Shown in pieces: positions 24,551 through 39,500 of a stretch of 64,000 bases of DNA. The DNA lies in NCBI GenBank assembly GCA_001938485.1, contig MQRK01244381.1, forward strand, positions 38,689-102,688, given 5' to 3'. Source of the stretch: Girardia tigrina (lineage: Eukaryota). The translations under genes were made by a program, and so were the position numbers. Within the stretch, counting starts at the first letter, position 1, and every line of letters starts with the position of its first letter. The notes under the pieces were generated by a model. The model was not told the origin of the DNA and searched no databases. It was given only the letters and a program-made list of their open reading frames with translations.

Positions 24551-27500
24551 CCTTTAATGCATTTTAAACACGTTCTATTAGTTTTTTATTTTTAGTGAAA
24601 TATAAATTAATTTCTGAGAGACTCAGTTATTCAAGCTCATAAAGTAAGACGTAATCAGCAAGAAATAACGCGACGTCTTGGTACAACTCTTACAACAGTT
24701 AACTGTTATTTAAGGAAGTATGAAGAAACAGAAAAAAAGAAGATTTTGAAGACTGTGAGAAACAAGATACCACTCAACAAATCCCGACAACCGAGACAAA
24801 CTCAGCATGAAAATTGACCAAAAGTAGACACACGACAGAAAACTAATTTTAAAATTCCTAAAAAATTTGATTATAATTTTTTTCTTAAATATCTAATAAG
24901 AGAATGCGATGTTCTTATAATAATCACTTTTATAAATACAAGTTGAGTTTCTATACTAATAATATATACATGTGACTAAATTAGATTTATGGGCCTCGAT
25001 ATAAAATATATACATATATAATTATTATCTAATTATAATTGTCATTATTATATTGTTTCAGAATTTGGTATACGGATTTTCATTCTGTTAATAATTAACG
25101 AGGTCACTTTGTGTTTATAAAAACCGGAACCTTTCAAAAAAGTTGTTTTCGCCGCCAAAGATTATAAAAGCTTTATACGACTGATTACTAAATATAATGA
25201 TTTGACGAAATATTTTATATTCTATTAACTATTACACTTTGTTTTAATCTACTGCTCAAATAGAGACTCTTTTATCACTACATTGGAAATGAATTTATAA
25301 TTTATAAATTGATAAATTAATGATAAATTAATTAATCATAGTCAATATAATTAGCCTAGTCAATCATTAAAAATAATAATTTTTTATTGTTAATTTTTGT
25401 TAATTTTTTTTCTCAGTAATTCCAATCGGAAAGTTATCCGAATATGTCGGTGCTCTGAAGAACTACGATTCACTAAAGTTAATGCAAGAATTCGAAGATT
25501 TAAATAAAGAAACCTTCGATAAATATGCGTCCATAAACTCAAATTTGGCGCGAAACAAACTGAAAAACCGATATGCAAACGTTATTGCTTACGACCATAG
25601 TCTTGTTGTTTTACAAAACCAGTTGGACCGAGAAAGTGGTAACTACATCAACGCAAATTATATTGATGGATATGGAAAGCAAAATGAATATATTGCAACT
25701 CAGGTTAGAACATATCTTTTTACAAACAATTAAATAATAATATAATTTTAATAATTATTGCCATATTATTGTATAATGTCATATTAGATAACAGTTGAAG
25801 GACGGTGACGATACATTGTATTAAATTTAGATACATTTTTGAAAAATAATTTTGTTAAATCATTTTAAAGTAATTGATTATTGTACATGTTTCGAAAATC
25901 CTTTTTTCCGTCATTTGGAATTATATTTGTTAGTCATAATGTTATTTTTTTATAACAAGGGAAAATTTATTTATCTTCACTTAAGATATTATTGAATAAT
26001 AACTTTCTTTGTCCATTTTGAATGTTTATTAATTAAAAGACTCATAAATAAATATTCAAAATGGACAAAGTGAAGCCGTTTCAAATCTTAAATGAAAATT
26101 TTTTAAATATTTATTGAATCAAAACTTGTTTTGTCTCTTTGGCATCATCAGTTTTGAATTCTAATCAACTGCTATTGCTCATATAGTTAGAAGACCATTG
26201 CCTAATTTATGTCTTACGTTCAAATACTTTAATATGATTGGATGAATCTCTTTGCAGGTTTCAACTAGATTTCAAAAACTAATTAAACAGCGCTTCAGTA
26301 ATTATCCTTTTATAAAATATAATCAAACTTACAGATTAAAATATTTACCGTGGTATTTGGAAAACTATCTGATACTGGTTTATACAGTATGCTTAATAGT
26401 TTTTGTGATCCAAAATATAATAGAAATACAATCGAAGGTTTAGTTCCTAGAATATTGAGTTTAACATCTTCATTTAATTTTCTTGATAATGAAATTTTTA
26501 TTCTTCCCAATAGACTCTACTACAATGATTATAATAATAAAAAGATTCCCAATAACCTCAATCAAAATACCATCGAGTCATTTTATTTAAAATCAAATAA
26601 TATCAACCACATAACCAATGTATCAAAAAGGAAAAATACAACAAAATTACTTTTAAAATTTCCGTTTTCTGAAGGATCCAAAGAGCTTAAACGTGCTCAA
26701 GCAGGAGTTAAAATTAAAATATTACTTTCAACTAATAAAATTTTCAAATATTTTTCTTATAAAGCTAAAACATCATTGGGTAGCAAATGTTATACATTGG
26801 AGAGAAAATTAATCACTTCCGAACTAGAAATGCTGAACATACGCAATTAAGTAGAAACGGCTCAATTATTGATATTTTGAAGTGTCATAGAAATTGTTAA
26901 AAAATACATGCAAGTGATTTTCGGGTTTAATCAGTAACTTTGATTATAATTATGAAATGATAATTACTGAAGCGCTGTTAAATAAGTTTTTTTTAAATCT
27001 ATTTTTAACGCGCAATTAGATTCATCTTATAATATTAGAGTATCTTATCGTAAGACATGAATGACATTATGGTCTTTTAACTATATATGCAATATCATTT
27101 GTTTATAATTCAGACATGATGATGGCATAAAGGCGAAACATGTTTTGTAAAAATAAAATTTTTAAATAGCCTTATTCCCTTTTATCATTAAATGTGCCAT
27201 TATTTAATCAAAATGTTGAATGTATATATATATATATATATATATGTTATTAAATTATATTTATTAAAAAATGCAAGAGTTTTTCAATGTTGAAATTCAC
27301 AAATTTCTTCTGGTATACGATTGATGTTGTAAATGGTAGTAAAATTGGTAAATATGATTTACCGGAATACCCTTTAAAATATATTAAAATAGAAATAAAA
27401 CTCTAAACTGAAGGTGTCTTTCTTAATTTTAATTATGTATTAAGCTTCTTTGAACGAATGTCTATTAGGGCTTACACAAAAACTGAAACAATTATTAATA

Positions 27501-30500
27501 AATATGGATATTGTAAAAAATCTGCTCATAGGGGCAGAACTTTAGCAAGTGCAATTTAAGGGGCGGATTTTTTATTAGTGTAATTTTAATGCTAAAATCG
27601 TTATGTGTAATATTTGGGGCTGAATATTTATAAGTATAATTTTTACCCATTTCAGGTACTTTTATGAACCCAAGGCAAGATGCCTTTTAAATGCAGATGT
27701 TAACGAATTTTATTCTTTAGATCATGAGGTATAATAAAATCAATAATGTTGTGTTCTCATTGTCATCAACAAATGGTATGGACTAAGAAGAAAACATCCT
27801 TGGACAAATATGTCTGGAAATGTCGAATAAAAACTTGTTCTTAATACAAGATAACCTTGACCATAAGAACAGGTTCTTTATTGGTCATTTCATTGATAAG
27901 TTTGAGAACTTGGTTAGATATTCTCTACAAATAGTCAAATGAATAGTCTATAGTTTTAATTTTAAAATCTTTAACTATTTCAAGACCTACATTAACCAAA
28001 ATTTTGAAATGTTTAATATTATGTATCAGCATATGTTTTGATATTAATCCTGTTAGCCTGGGGGGGGGGATGATAAAGTCTGTCAAAGTGATGAAAGTCT
28101 GTTTTGTCATAAACAAAATTATCTTTGAGATAGAGTTCCTAATGAACAAATTTGAGTTTTCGGAATTGTGGATACATAATATGTACCCGCTAAAGGATAT
28201 ATGATAGTGGTACCAAATAGGGCAGTTGCTACTTTAAAGCCTATTATCCAACAAGAAGTTGTTTCAGGATCCATTATTCATAGCGATGAATGGAGAGCCT
28301 ATTATAATCTTGAAGTTTTGGGATATATACACAATACCACAAATCATTCAGTTAACTTCGTGGAACCACTTACAGTCGTTCACATTCAAAATATGAATCT
28401 TATTGGGCTAAAAACAAAAGGAGATAACTACAGAGGAGACAGTTTTAACAACACTTTAGAATTAATAAAATATTTCTTTCAATAAAAATTGTGTTGGGGG
28501 TAGTAGTTTTATAAGTGTAATTTTAAGGGCAAGACTTTAACTAGTGCAATTTAAGGAGCGGAATTTTTACAAGTGTTTTTAAGGGGCAGATTTTTTAATG
28601 TGTCATTTGCAAGATACATAAAATGTCTTTCTTACTCACTTTGTAAATCAACTTTTTATATTTTCAAAGGCTCTATGAATTTGAATGTTTTAATGTACAG
28701 TTAAACTTTCACTTACGATATTTGGTATTATTTGTATTTAAATCCGTGAAATTAAATTTTAAAAGCAAATTTAGTTTTATAAAAATAATATACAAAACGA
28801 TTAGATGAAATATTTTTAGAATATTTAATGTAAAATTTACAAATCATATTAAAAATACAACCTTTGGGCAAATCATTACAAGTTTGATTTTCGGGGCGTT
28901 TTTTAACATATGTATTTTGTAAAAAGTTTTACATTTAACTTTTAAAATTAAATTTTAAATTAAAATAAATCCTAATAAAAATTTGATTTTTTTTAATATT
29001 CTTGAAAATATTAATTAATTAAAAATATAAATTAATTAAATAATAGTAATAAACATATTAATTAAAATAATTATTTTATCTTATAAATCAGATTTTCTTA
29101 GTTAGATAAATGAAAACTATTTTCAAATACAAATGGAATTCCTAAAGTATAAGTCGACATTTTACAACCTATTTTAATTGTAAATTATGGGAATATATTT
29201 ACTATTTTATTTATTTTTTCATGAAAAGTTAATAAATTTAATTTCCCTAGAAGTCTCTTGATGACTATTTCGACATTGGTACATTAACCAAGTTTTGTTT
29301 TTACTGATTTATTAGTTTTCTTTCCCATAAAGTCTCACAAAAACAGAAGAAGCAGTGACAATCAAACGCAAATTTTCTTTTGAAAAATAAAAATCTGCAA
29401 TATTTTATAAAAAAAACAAAAAAAGATGTTGTTTTGTTTATCATTTAATTCTTTTTAATTTCGTTTGATGGAATTGTTTAATTTATTATTTGGAAAATTG
29501 TTTTCTATTTTTCATTTTTAGGATTTGTATTAACTCGAATTTACTCATATTTTTTAATTGTATTTTGGAGATTATTCAAGTCGAAAAAGTGTTTTTACTT
29601 ACAGAAGAATCTTTTTAAATTAATATGATATAGAAAACAACTTGTGTTAAATATTTTTAAAAAAAATATAATAATTGCTGAGACATTTTTCACAAAACTA
29701 ATACTGCGTTTTACACTGGACGAATCCATGGTAAGTTTTACCAAAAGGCAGAATAAAAATATAAAACTTAAAACAAAATTCACAACATTAATTTAAAAGG
29801 TAAAAGAAACGTAAAATTCGAAAACACTTAGATTTTAAAATCTAATAGAAAAATTTAAATAGTATATTAGTTAATTTCAGTTCTTTTTTTACTAAAAGTA
29901 GAAGAACGAAAGATCTAAGACATCTTCAATCAACATCCTTTTTGAAATAGCTTTCAATAAAATATTATTTTATAAAAATAAGTTTTCGATTTAGGTTTAT
30001 CTAGTATTCTTAGTTGGTTCACTTTCAACAAATTCATTTTTTCTACTTTAAATGAAATACGTGGTATGTCCAATAAGTACCCGATTTGACAAAGTTTTAT
30101 TACACAACAAGCTTAACATATGTAGACATAATTTTTCAACAAAATGTCCATTTTGCTCAACATACTTCCTTCGACAAATAAATAACTCAAAAACGCCCTT
30201 TTGAAATATTCTTAAGAGAATACGGTGATGAAATCCTCTACGGTAACCTTCAAGTCGTCTTTGGATACAAACTGGATGCCTCTCAAATGCTTCTTTAAGT
30301 ATCTAAAGAGGTAAAAATCGCATAGTGAAAAATCTAGACTGTACGACGAATGATCCGCATGCAAGATTCTAGTACCATCAACTGTGGCTTGAGAAATGCC
30401 TGCCGTGTACACTGACGGCATTGCTGTGGAGAAACCATAGTAGTGTGTTCTTCTGCTTCTGTTGATTCTTTTTGGCGGTTACTACAAGTTGGTTATAATA

Positions 30501-33500
30501 GACAGCGTTGATGTTGATTCACTTATCTACAAAATCATTGAGAATGACACCTTTATGATCCCAGAAAATGTAAAGCACAATCGCTCGTCTATGACTTGTC
30601 TTCGTTCACATCTTCAAAGATGGCTTCTTTCCAGGCACTTTTTATTCTGCTGATTCACGTTTTGTTTCCAGAAAATACATTCTGAATGTGAGGAATATTT
30701 GAAATTGTCTGAATGTTTGAATGTATTGATGTTGTATATTAATTTGAGTATGCTGAACTCAGAATGGTGATTCTCCCACTCAGATGGAAATTGGTATTTT
30801 TTTAAATTTAAAATGTATGAGGGGTTAATTTAAATTTGTATCTCGCCAAAATAATTAATTTTTTTAATTTAAAAGTTAAAATATTTTTATGTTAATATGC
30901 TTATTAAATATTTTAAAATTAAAAATGATATAATAAAGCAACTATTAAAAATCCAAATACTTATTTAAAAATAAAATATGTTTTAGTGTATCTATTAAAT
31001 ATCTTAAAATTAAAAATGATAAGAAAACCATTAAAGATTAAATAATTATTTATAAATGTGAGGGATAATTTGGAATGTTATAAGTTTGTTGATTGTATGC
31101 TGTTTAGATTTGTGACTCTCCTAATCAGAAGGGATTGATATGTTATTTGATTAATTATTTGAATCTAATGAAATTAATTTAATGATATTAATTTTAAGTA
31201 CTAATTAATTAAAGTTTGATAATTATGAATTTTAATAATATTTTCAGTAAACAATTTTAACTTATTAAATTTAATATATTTTAAAAATTAATGTTCATTT
31301 AAAAAATTACATAATGTCTTTTTATCCAATAAATTATGAGAAATTAAAATTTAATATTAAAATTTCCCATTCATTGTTTTTTAGATTTGAATACATTAAC
31401 AAAAAACAATATCGATCAAAGAAAGATGACCTCTGAAAATTGTTGTGAAGAATCTGTTTGTGTTGTAAATAAATGTTTGCATTCAAATTGTGATGTTGTT
31501 AATAATAAATAAAAATATTTTTACAGTCATAACAATTTATATATTTTAATAGAAGTTATGAAACAACTTTAAATTTTAAAATAAATTTTTAGTTTTAATG
31601 TTAAACTTATTTAATAAATTTAAAGTTTAAAACTTGTTAAATTTTAAAAATTGAATCGAAAAGAAATTACTAGATTAATTGTAGCGAGATAATTGATTTT
31701 ACAGAAAAATTTGTTCAAATATGTGAATTGTTGTTATGATAAATATTGTGATGTTAAATTATGAGTTCTGAATTTGATAATAATGAAAGTGACATAAAAC
31801 AAAGTGATTGACTATTCGAACATAATTAAAATAATAATTTGATAAGTTTATATTTTTTAAATTAACAATTTAAAGTAAGTTTAATATTTTTTCAGAAAAG
31901 AAAACATTTAATTAAATTTAAATTAATCCCATAAGATTTAAATTAAATTCATTTTTAATAATTTGATAACATTTTCATAATTATGTGTTTTTATTTAGAA
32001 ATGATTTAAATTATTATTTTTAATTAATATTTTTAAAAAATAAATATTTTAAAAAGATTTAGAAAAATTGATAGAATAATCATGATTGAAAATAAAATAA
32101 CGAAACTAATTAGAGCGATGTCAAACGATGAAGGATCTTCTGGGAGTTGTAATGACTCTAAATGTGATAGTAATAAAAATTCAAATGAGAATTATCTCAA
32201 TGTTCTTAATACTGAGTAGGGTTTTCTACTCCGTAATTAAATTGTCCAAGAAAGTCTCACCCTGCTGGTACCTCAGATTCAAGTTTTGATAACTGCATTC
32301 CAAGCGGTTTCAATTCCTTTTACCAGTCAAAAAGCGGGGTACGAATCGGATGCACAGTTTTCTGATTCCTATGGATTTCAATTTGGCGTGGGATGTACCA
32401 ACACTGATGTTGAACTTCGCCACTCAACATTTAAAAAATCCATTTAAGACAAAATTAAATAATATCATACCAAAAAAATTTTTGGTGTACAAGCTTTTAT
32501 AATTTGTCATATATTTGCGGTTCTGTATCTATTTCACCCACTTCCCACATTTTTTGACTGAATTATCAAANNNNNNNNNNNNNNNNNNNNNNNNNNNNNN
32601 NNNNNNNNNNNNNNNNNNNNNNNNNNNNNNNNNNNNNNNNNNNNNNNNNNNNNNNNNNNNNNNNNNNNNNNNNNNNNNNNNNNNNNNNNNNNNNNNNNNN
32701 NNNNNNNNNNNNNNNNNNNNNNNNNNNNNNNNNNNNNNNNNNNNNNNNNNNNNNNNNNNNNNNNNNNNNNNNNNNGGTTTTTTTGCAAAATAAATTAAAA
32801 AAAATATTTTTTTTCAAAAATTTTCAAGGAAAAGTGTATTGTCATCTAGAATACATCACTCCTGAAAATTTCAAGTCACCAGCACAACGGGAAGGGGGTG
32901 AAATTTCGATCGCAAGATTTGATCCATACAGACAAACAAACAAATGAAACGTAATAAAAGCTTGTAATTAAAAAAATTTTTTACTGTTTTTTATATAAAT
33001 GAGAAAAACGTTTGTTTCAACTTATACGAATAGGTTACTACCCTAGACCCTACAATAAAAATACTTTTTTACAAAAATACTATATTTTATTTGTATATGA
33101 TTATTGGCATGAAAAATTATGCAGTGTTTCGTATACAAAACCTTATAATCACTAGAAGTTTTACTGACATTTACTGAGAAGATTTATTAAGAAGATCGTT
33201 TATTTTTTTTAATTTAACTTGTTTGAAATTATTAATACAACTTAGATTTCAGTTTAAATATATAATTTATTTTGTAGGGCCCTCTTTCAGAAACAATAAA
33301 TGATTTTTGGCAAATGATTTGGGAACAAAAGACGTCTATAATTGTTATGCTCATAAAGATTGAAGATTCAGAATCGAAAAAATGTGAAGTTTACTGGCCA
33401 AAAAAGGGTACCAGGATTTATTTGGACATGGAAGTGACACTTATGTCGACAATAAATAGAGCTTATTACATTATCAGAAAATTTCAAGTCAAACAAAACG

Positions 33501-36500
33501 GGTTATTTTAATATATTTATTTTTATTTGAATTGGAAATGCGATTCAAGTTGCTCATGATTTTTTATTAGCTTTTAAAACAACAAACTTTTTACAAAGTT
33601 TAAATTAAATTAGATCCATTGTTCACCGCTTTTTATTTGGGACATCATACATTTTTATTTTTTAAATTCATTTTACTTTTTTTATAATTTTAGATTTGTT
33701 GTTGAGAAACGATCATTTAGATTGATTCTAAATTTATTTAATCAAATGTTAATTTTTTTACATGTTAAAAATTAGTTAAGTTTATAATTATTAAAAGTAT
33801 AACAAAACAATATTTTAAAGTTTTATCCAAAAAGACAACTCTTACGTTCCAAAAAATAACTTATATACAGGGAGGAGAATCTTTTCTATATTTATTTTGT
33901 CATTAATTTGTCAATATTGAATCGCTGGACTCAAATTGTAAAGTGCAAAAGTTGAATAATTGGATTTTACATCAGTTGAATGAAAAGCAGAAATAAAACA
34001 GTTTGGATGCTTGCTTGATGATGCTTTCTCGTTAACAATGTGATCACTTTTTGAATCAAATCGTCACTTTTGATGAAAAATGGATCCAATATGATAATTA
34101 TATAAGTTTTTTTTGACTCATTCAACTTTTGTTGAATACTTCGATTGTTTAATTCAAAGGATGGCAAAATACGGCTTGCAGATATGTTGCGATCTTATTT
34201 TGGTGGTAATTTTGTTCCATTATCCTTCTCACTTTATTTCTGAAATTATATTCGAAGTATTTGACTTGAAATTAGGATGATCACACGCCATTATTGCCAT
34301 TTTAGGAGTATATGGAATGACGCTTAGAAAAAATGAGCTTTAAAATAACACTTTTGTAAGAAGACCTAAATCAAATTTTCCTAACAATTTACAATTAATA
34401 TGTACTCTAAAACTTCTAATAATCCACAAGTACAGATATTTTTTCTGATCAAGTTTTTTTCTCGGGAGCTTTTCCTCCACTGCTAATTATTCCCCAGGCT
34501 GAAATGGGTTGATATTGCTTGGGATACTATTTCAAAAGAACTTATTACAAAAAGTTTTTATTCATGTTTCTTAGATGAAGGAATGAGTTTGTTCATTGTC
34601 AAAGATGCACAATTTGGTATCAAATTTAGAACAAAATATTGTGCTAGTATGAGGACTATGCGGAATCTAGCTATTCAGAAATTGATGAATAAATTTGATT
34701 TTCTAAAATTTTTATTTTGATTTTTAAAAATTTATAATAATCCTCTATGTCCATGTTTTTCCATCTTTTTTTAAAAACATAGAATAATCCCCCAGGGGGA
34801 TTATTGGAAGTTTTAGAGTATGATTTTTTAATAAATCGATTGAGTCACTTGATCTAGGAATACTCACTAAATCATTAATTAAATAATATTTTAAAATATT
34901 AATTTTTTTTACTTTAGGTTTTCTACAAAGCGTCAAGTATATCATTTACAGTTCACCGGATGGCCCGATCAAGGAATTCCAATTCTTTGCGCACCATTCA
35001 TCTCATTTATTAAAATTTATCGAAATTTTAATAAATTGGATTGCGGACCAACAGTGGTACATTGTTCGGCAGGTGTTGGAAGAACCGGTAAATAATCTTA
35101 CTAGCATATGGTTTTCATATGATAATTTGAGATAAGCAAAAAAGATTTTTGGCAAAAATTTATATCACTTAAAGTTTACAAGATGGTCCGATACAAAATT
35201 GCAATTATTTGTGCATCAATCACTTCAATTATTAAAATTATGAATCTGAGTAACTTAACCTATTAATTCACTAAACTTTTGAACGTTTCCTTCTTAACAA
35301 AAGGTCATCAGGTGGATCGTTCATTGATAGAACAAATTTTAAACATTTAAAACCAAAAGAGCGACTGCATTAAACACAGAAAATTACAAATTAGTTGTAA
35401 TATTTTGAATTTAAAAATAATTACCAAAACTTACAAAATTCAAAGTATTTTCAAGAATAAATATGCAATTCCTTTGCGTTTGTTCTCCGAATTTGTATAT
35501 CAATTTACATATCAACATCCACATACATATGAGATACATGACTTTATTTCTGTTAGTGGATTCCGGAGCACAAACGATTGGATTACTAAAAAAGAATGTG
35601 ATAAGAATAATGATGGAAATTTGGAAGTTTGGAGGTCAGATTCTAAAAGAACTATTTTTAAAGTACTGGATATTAAGCTTGAAGATGATTTAAGTCCACC
35701 AAAATATATTGCAAATTATAATAAAATTTAATTTTAAAGGTTTGCATATGTATTTTATTTGAATTGATAATTTGAAATATATTTTCCTATTACCCATTAT
35801 CTGACGCAATTTTAAAATACCAACAAAATAAATTAAGGTTAAACCTTCAACCTGAAGTTTACAATGATTTAAAATATATTTTTAGTTATGATACTTTCAA
35901 CTTATAAAAATAAAAATTACTTTTTGTTTGAAATTTTAAAGAAAACTCTTAATAAATATTTTTAAAAATGTTAAGAAATAAAACAATATTTTGTATTTAT
36001 TATTATTTTAAATAGAATGCTTATTTTTTACTATGGACTTACATCGCTCCCTCATTTTACAATCCATGTTTTTCCAAAAAATGTGGGTAAACTTTAGTTT
36101 TTAAAGTTTTGTAGGGAGGTGGCTCCTATAAGAATGAGATTCTTAAAAAACAAAAAAAATAAAAAATAATCATATAAAATAATGATTTATTATAATAAAA
36201 ATTTTAGAAAACAGAAAATATTCTTTTAAAATTTCGAAATATGCTAAAAAATAATATAAATATATTTTATTGTATGGGAAATTGTTTATAAACCGATTCA
36301 TCAAACATTCTAATTGTTTTGTCGATAATCATTTACAGATCTTAGGGGATTATAGAAATATACAGTACTATATAATTCTCTTTTAGATTGTGGATAGTTG
36401 TGGCATAACTAAAATAAATAAAAAATCCATACGGATAAAATGTGTTGAATTCCGAGAAGACAGGGTCCACAAAATTTGGTCATGTTTACCAATACAGTTA

Positions 36501-39500
36501 TTCTGAAAGTTGCCCTCTGACCCGTTTCTAGAGATACCTAGAAAATGAGAAGGTGCTAGGTTTTATTGTAGAATTCAGGAAATTAAGTTTTTCATTTTGC
36601 AATGTGTCTTACAACGAAGGATATAACTGATACTAATACAAATTATGATATGATTCACCCGTTATCGTTTCTCTCAAAAGAAATACCGAAATTAAGGAAT
36701 TGAATTTAAATGACAATGCTGCATGAAAGTTTTTAGTGCTTAAAAAGTGGGTTGCTATAACGGTTAGTAAAACCATTTATATGAAAGAGGGCGTTATTTC
36801 TAAAAAAAATTTATCTTTTTTTTCATTACTTTGAATGTTTTGATACATCTAACTCACAAATTTCATATGTATATCATTTTTTTTCATCTTTCAAATGTTG
36901 TGTTAGGGTTTGTTGAAAAGTGTTATACTTCTTCTTTTCAAAATGCCAACAACTGATGACTTGCTTATGAAAGTCTTGCAAGTAATCTGGAGATGAGTAG
37001 AATATGGCTGATTTTTATGGAAGCTAACAGTGCAATGATTGTTACATTATCTGTTGAGGTTTTAGAGCGTATTAGAGGTTCCATATCTTAGATATTGTCA
37101 GTTAATTTAAATTTAGAAATTAAACGCAATATGGTTGAGTGAAGGTAGGGTTACGTCCTCTGTTCATATTTTTAATTCAACAACAGCTTTCCAAGCAGCA
37201 TTATAATCACGAAATGTACCAGACAAAACCCCAAACTCAAACTTCCTTTTTAAAATTAATCTGCCATGTGCATTCATTATATTAAATGTTTCTAAAATGT
37301 AATAGCTAAAATATTTATAACATTTTTCTCAATAGTAAGAATTTAATTGTAAAATGGGTGGGTTAAAGTGAATAACTACGAATAAATATTAGTAAGAAAA
37401 CATTAATAACTTAATGAGTGCATACATTTATACCCAAATGGCTAATAATCTGAAAATCAGGACATGACTCCTTACATATAATGTTACCACAAAAATAATA
37501 TTACTTGATTCACATCACTTTTCTACGCTGTCCAGCACACTTTACTTAAGTCAAATATAATTATTTTACCTATGTCAGCCCGTATATATTAATCAAACAT
37601 GAGATACGAAATACGTTTTTTATTTATCCTTTAAAATGATTTTTTAATTATTAGGCGTTACAAGTTCTATGAAAAGTTTATAGAATATTATGGGTCTTTC
37701 TTTAAGTATAATAATTTTGCATTTTTTAACAACAGTTTTATAAATAACTTGATGAATGTTGATGTATGATATTATTCAGGTGTCTTCATTGCAGTTGATA
37801 GTCAAATGGAAAGAATTAGACATGAAAAATCTGTTAATTTATATGAAGAAATTAAAAATATGCGCAAAAACAGAAATTATATGGTTCAAACGGAAGCTCA
37901 ATATGGATTTATTTATGATGTATTGCTAGAATGGAGTCTGGATAATACATCAGATATTAATCCTGATATGCTCATTAGTCATATAAAAACCAAATCACAG
38001 ATAGTAGAATGTCAAACACTAACAGGTTTTGAAGTGGAATTCCAAAGGCTCAACCTTCAGTCATCAAATATTACTGCCAATATGTCTAAAATCTACGGAA
38101 GTTCAACCGTTAGTAATAATTCTTTTATGAGACACATATTAAGATGATAATTTATTTATATTTATATACAATCGGTTAATATTTATTTATTTATAAAAAT
38201 TATGTACAAATAAACGTAATTAAAATTTTAAATCTCAAATTGTTTACCAAAGATTATAAATTATATGCCAGCAAAACTCAAAGTCTTAGCAGATACAGAA
38301 AGACTTCTGTTAAAGAAGTATTTTTCTCACAAATATGTTTTAAAATAGAACAAACAAAAATCTTGTAGTTAGGTTGTTACTGTTCGAGTCAAATCAATGA
38401 ACCGAATTGATTATTCAAAGAAAAATTCAAAATTTTAATTTAATTTGTTATGTAAAAAGACCAACATTATCGTAAAAAAAACATTTATTTGAGAAAATTA
38501 ATTAATTTGAATTGAAAAGAATATTATAATTTATTCAGTTGTTTAAACAAATCAATTTTGAAGGTCGTTAATAATAAAGATTGGAAAATAAAAGATTTTG
38601 ATCGAATATCAAATTGATTTTTTGTCTATTTCCTTTTAATTTAAAAATCTTCGGATCTAAATAAAATAATTCAAAAAATGAGTGTAAACAATTACAAGTC
38701 AACAGTTACAAGGAATTGAACTTTCGAATAAAAAGGTATTGAATCTACATCCTTCGAAAAAGTGATTGACTTTTTGGAAAAATTGTTTCACTAATAAATT
38801 ATTTTGGTTCCGATGTAAGACAAAAGCATCCAGATATGATGATAGAGTTTCGATTATTCTTTTGTAATTGTTCGAACGAAAAACTTTCGAATTCATTGTA
38901 CTTGGACCATGCGGTTTTCAGATAACTAACTTGCAATTCATACTGCAAAATCATTTATTATTATGAATGAAAAAAGTGAATAAAAATAATAATTACAAAT
39001 ACAGTATCATCCAGCTGTAATAAAAATCGGATATTGTAAAATTTTTTCGTGGTAGTGCAGAAATGCTTCTACTTTTAATCGGTTAATATAAAATTGGTTA
39101 TAATAAAAAAATCGGTACTTAGAAAGAAAGATTTGCTACATAAGAAAATCATGTTTATATAAAACATGTGGTATAGGATTATGGTTACCGCCTGTAAAGA
39201 ACGTAAACTAGAGAACAAAATTTATTAGATAAAATATTGCTCAGGGTTTCATCACCAATTAAACTTTGAAATCCTCTTTTATATTAAGGCAATATTTTAT
39301 AATATGCCCCGGGGTCAGCTGATGCAATTGAAATTGACATGACATCTGAAAGCAACGGAATTTGAACTCTAGTGATGTCATGAGATGTCACATCATTGAG
39401 CTCAAAGTTCAATATTATTGAATGTGGTGAGGAATGACATCACCATACCGCTATTTATGATTGTTTTTTTATAAAAGGCAGCGGCATGGAAACGGCTAAT

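Noticed and set aside
22435-28485. IS630-like and IS1595-like transposases as bacterial contamination
   Set aside because: They lie inside introns of a spliced animal gene, are decayed and AT-rich, and correspond to the eukaryotic Tc1 and Merlin superfamilies.
35405-35731. 108-aa ORF as a nested gene
   Set aside because: Its N-terminal part matches the Penelope linker (KIQSIFKNK..PLRL.S..VYQF) and the rest has no recognisable motif; probably a chimeric relic.
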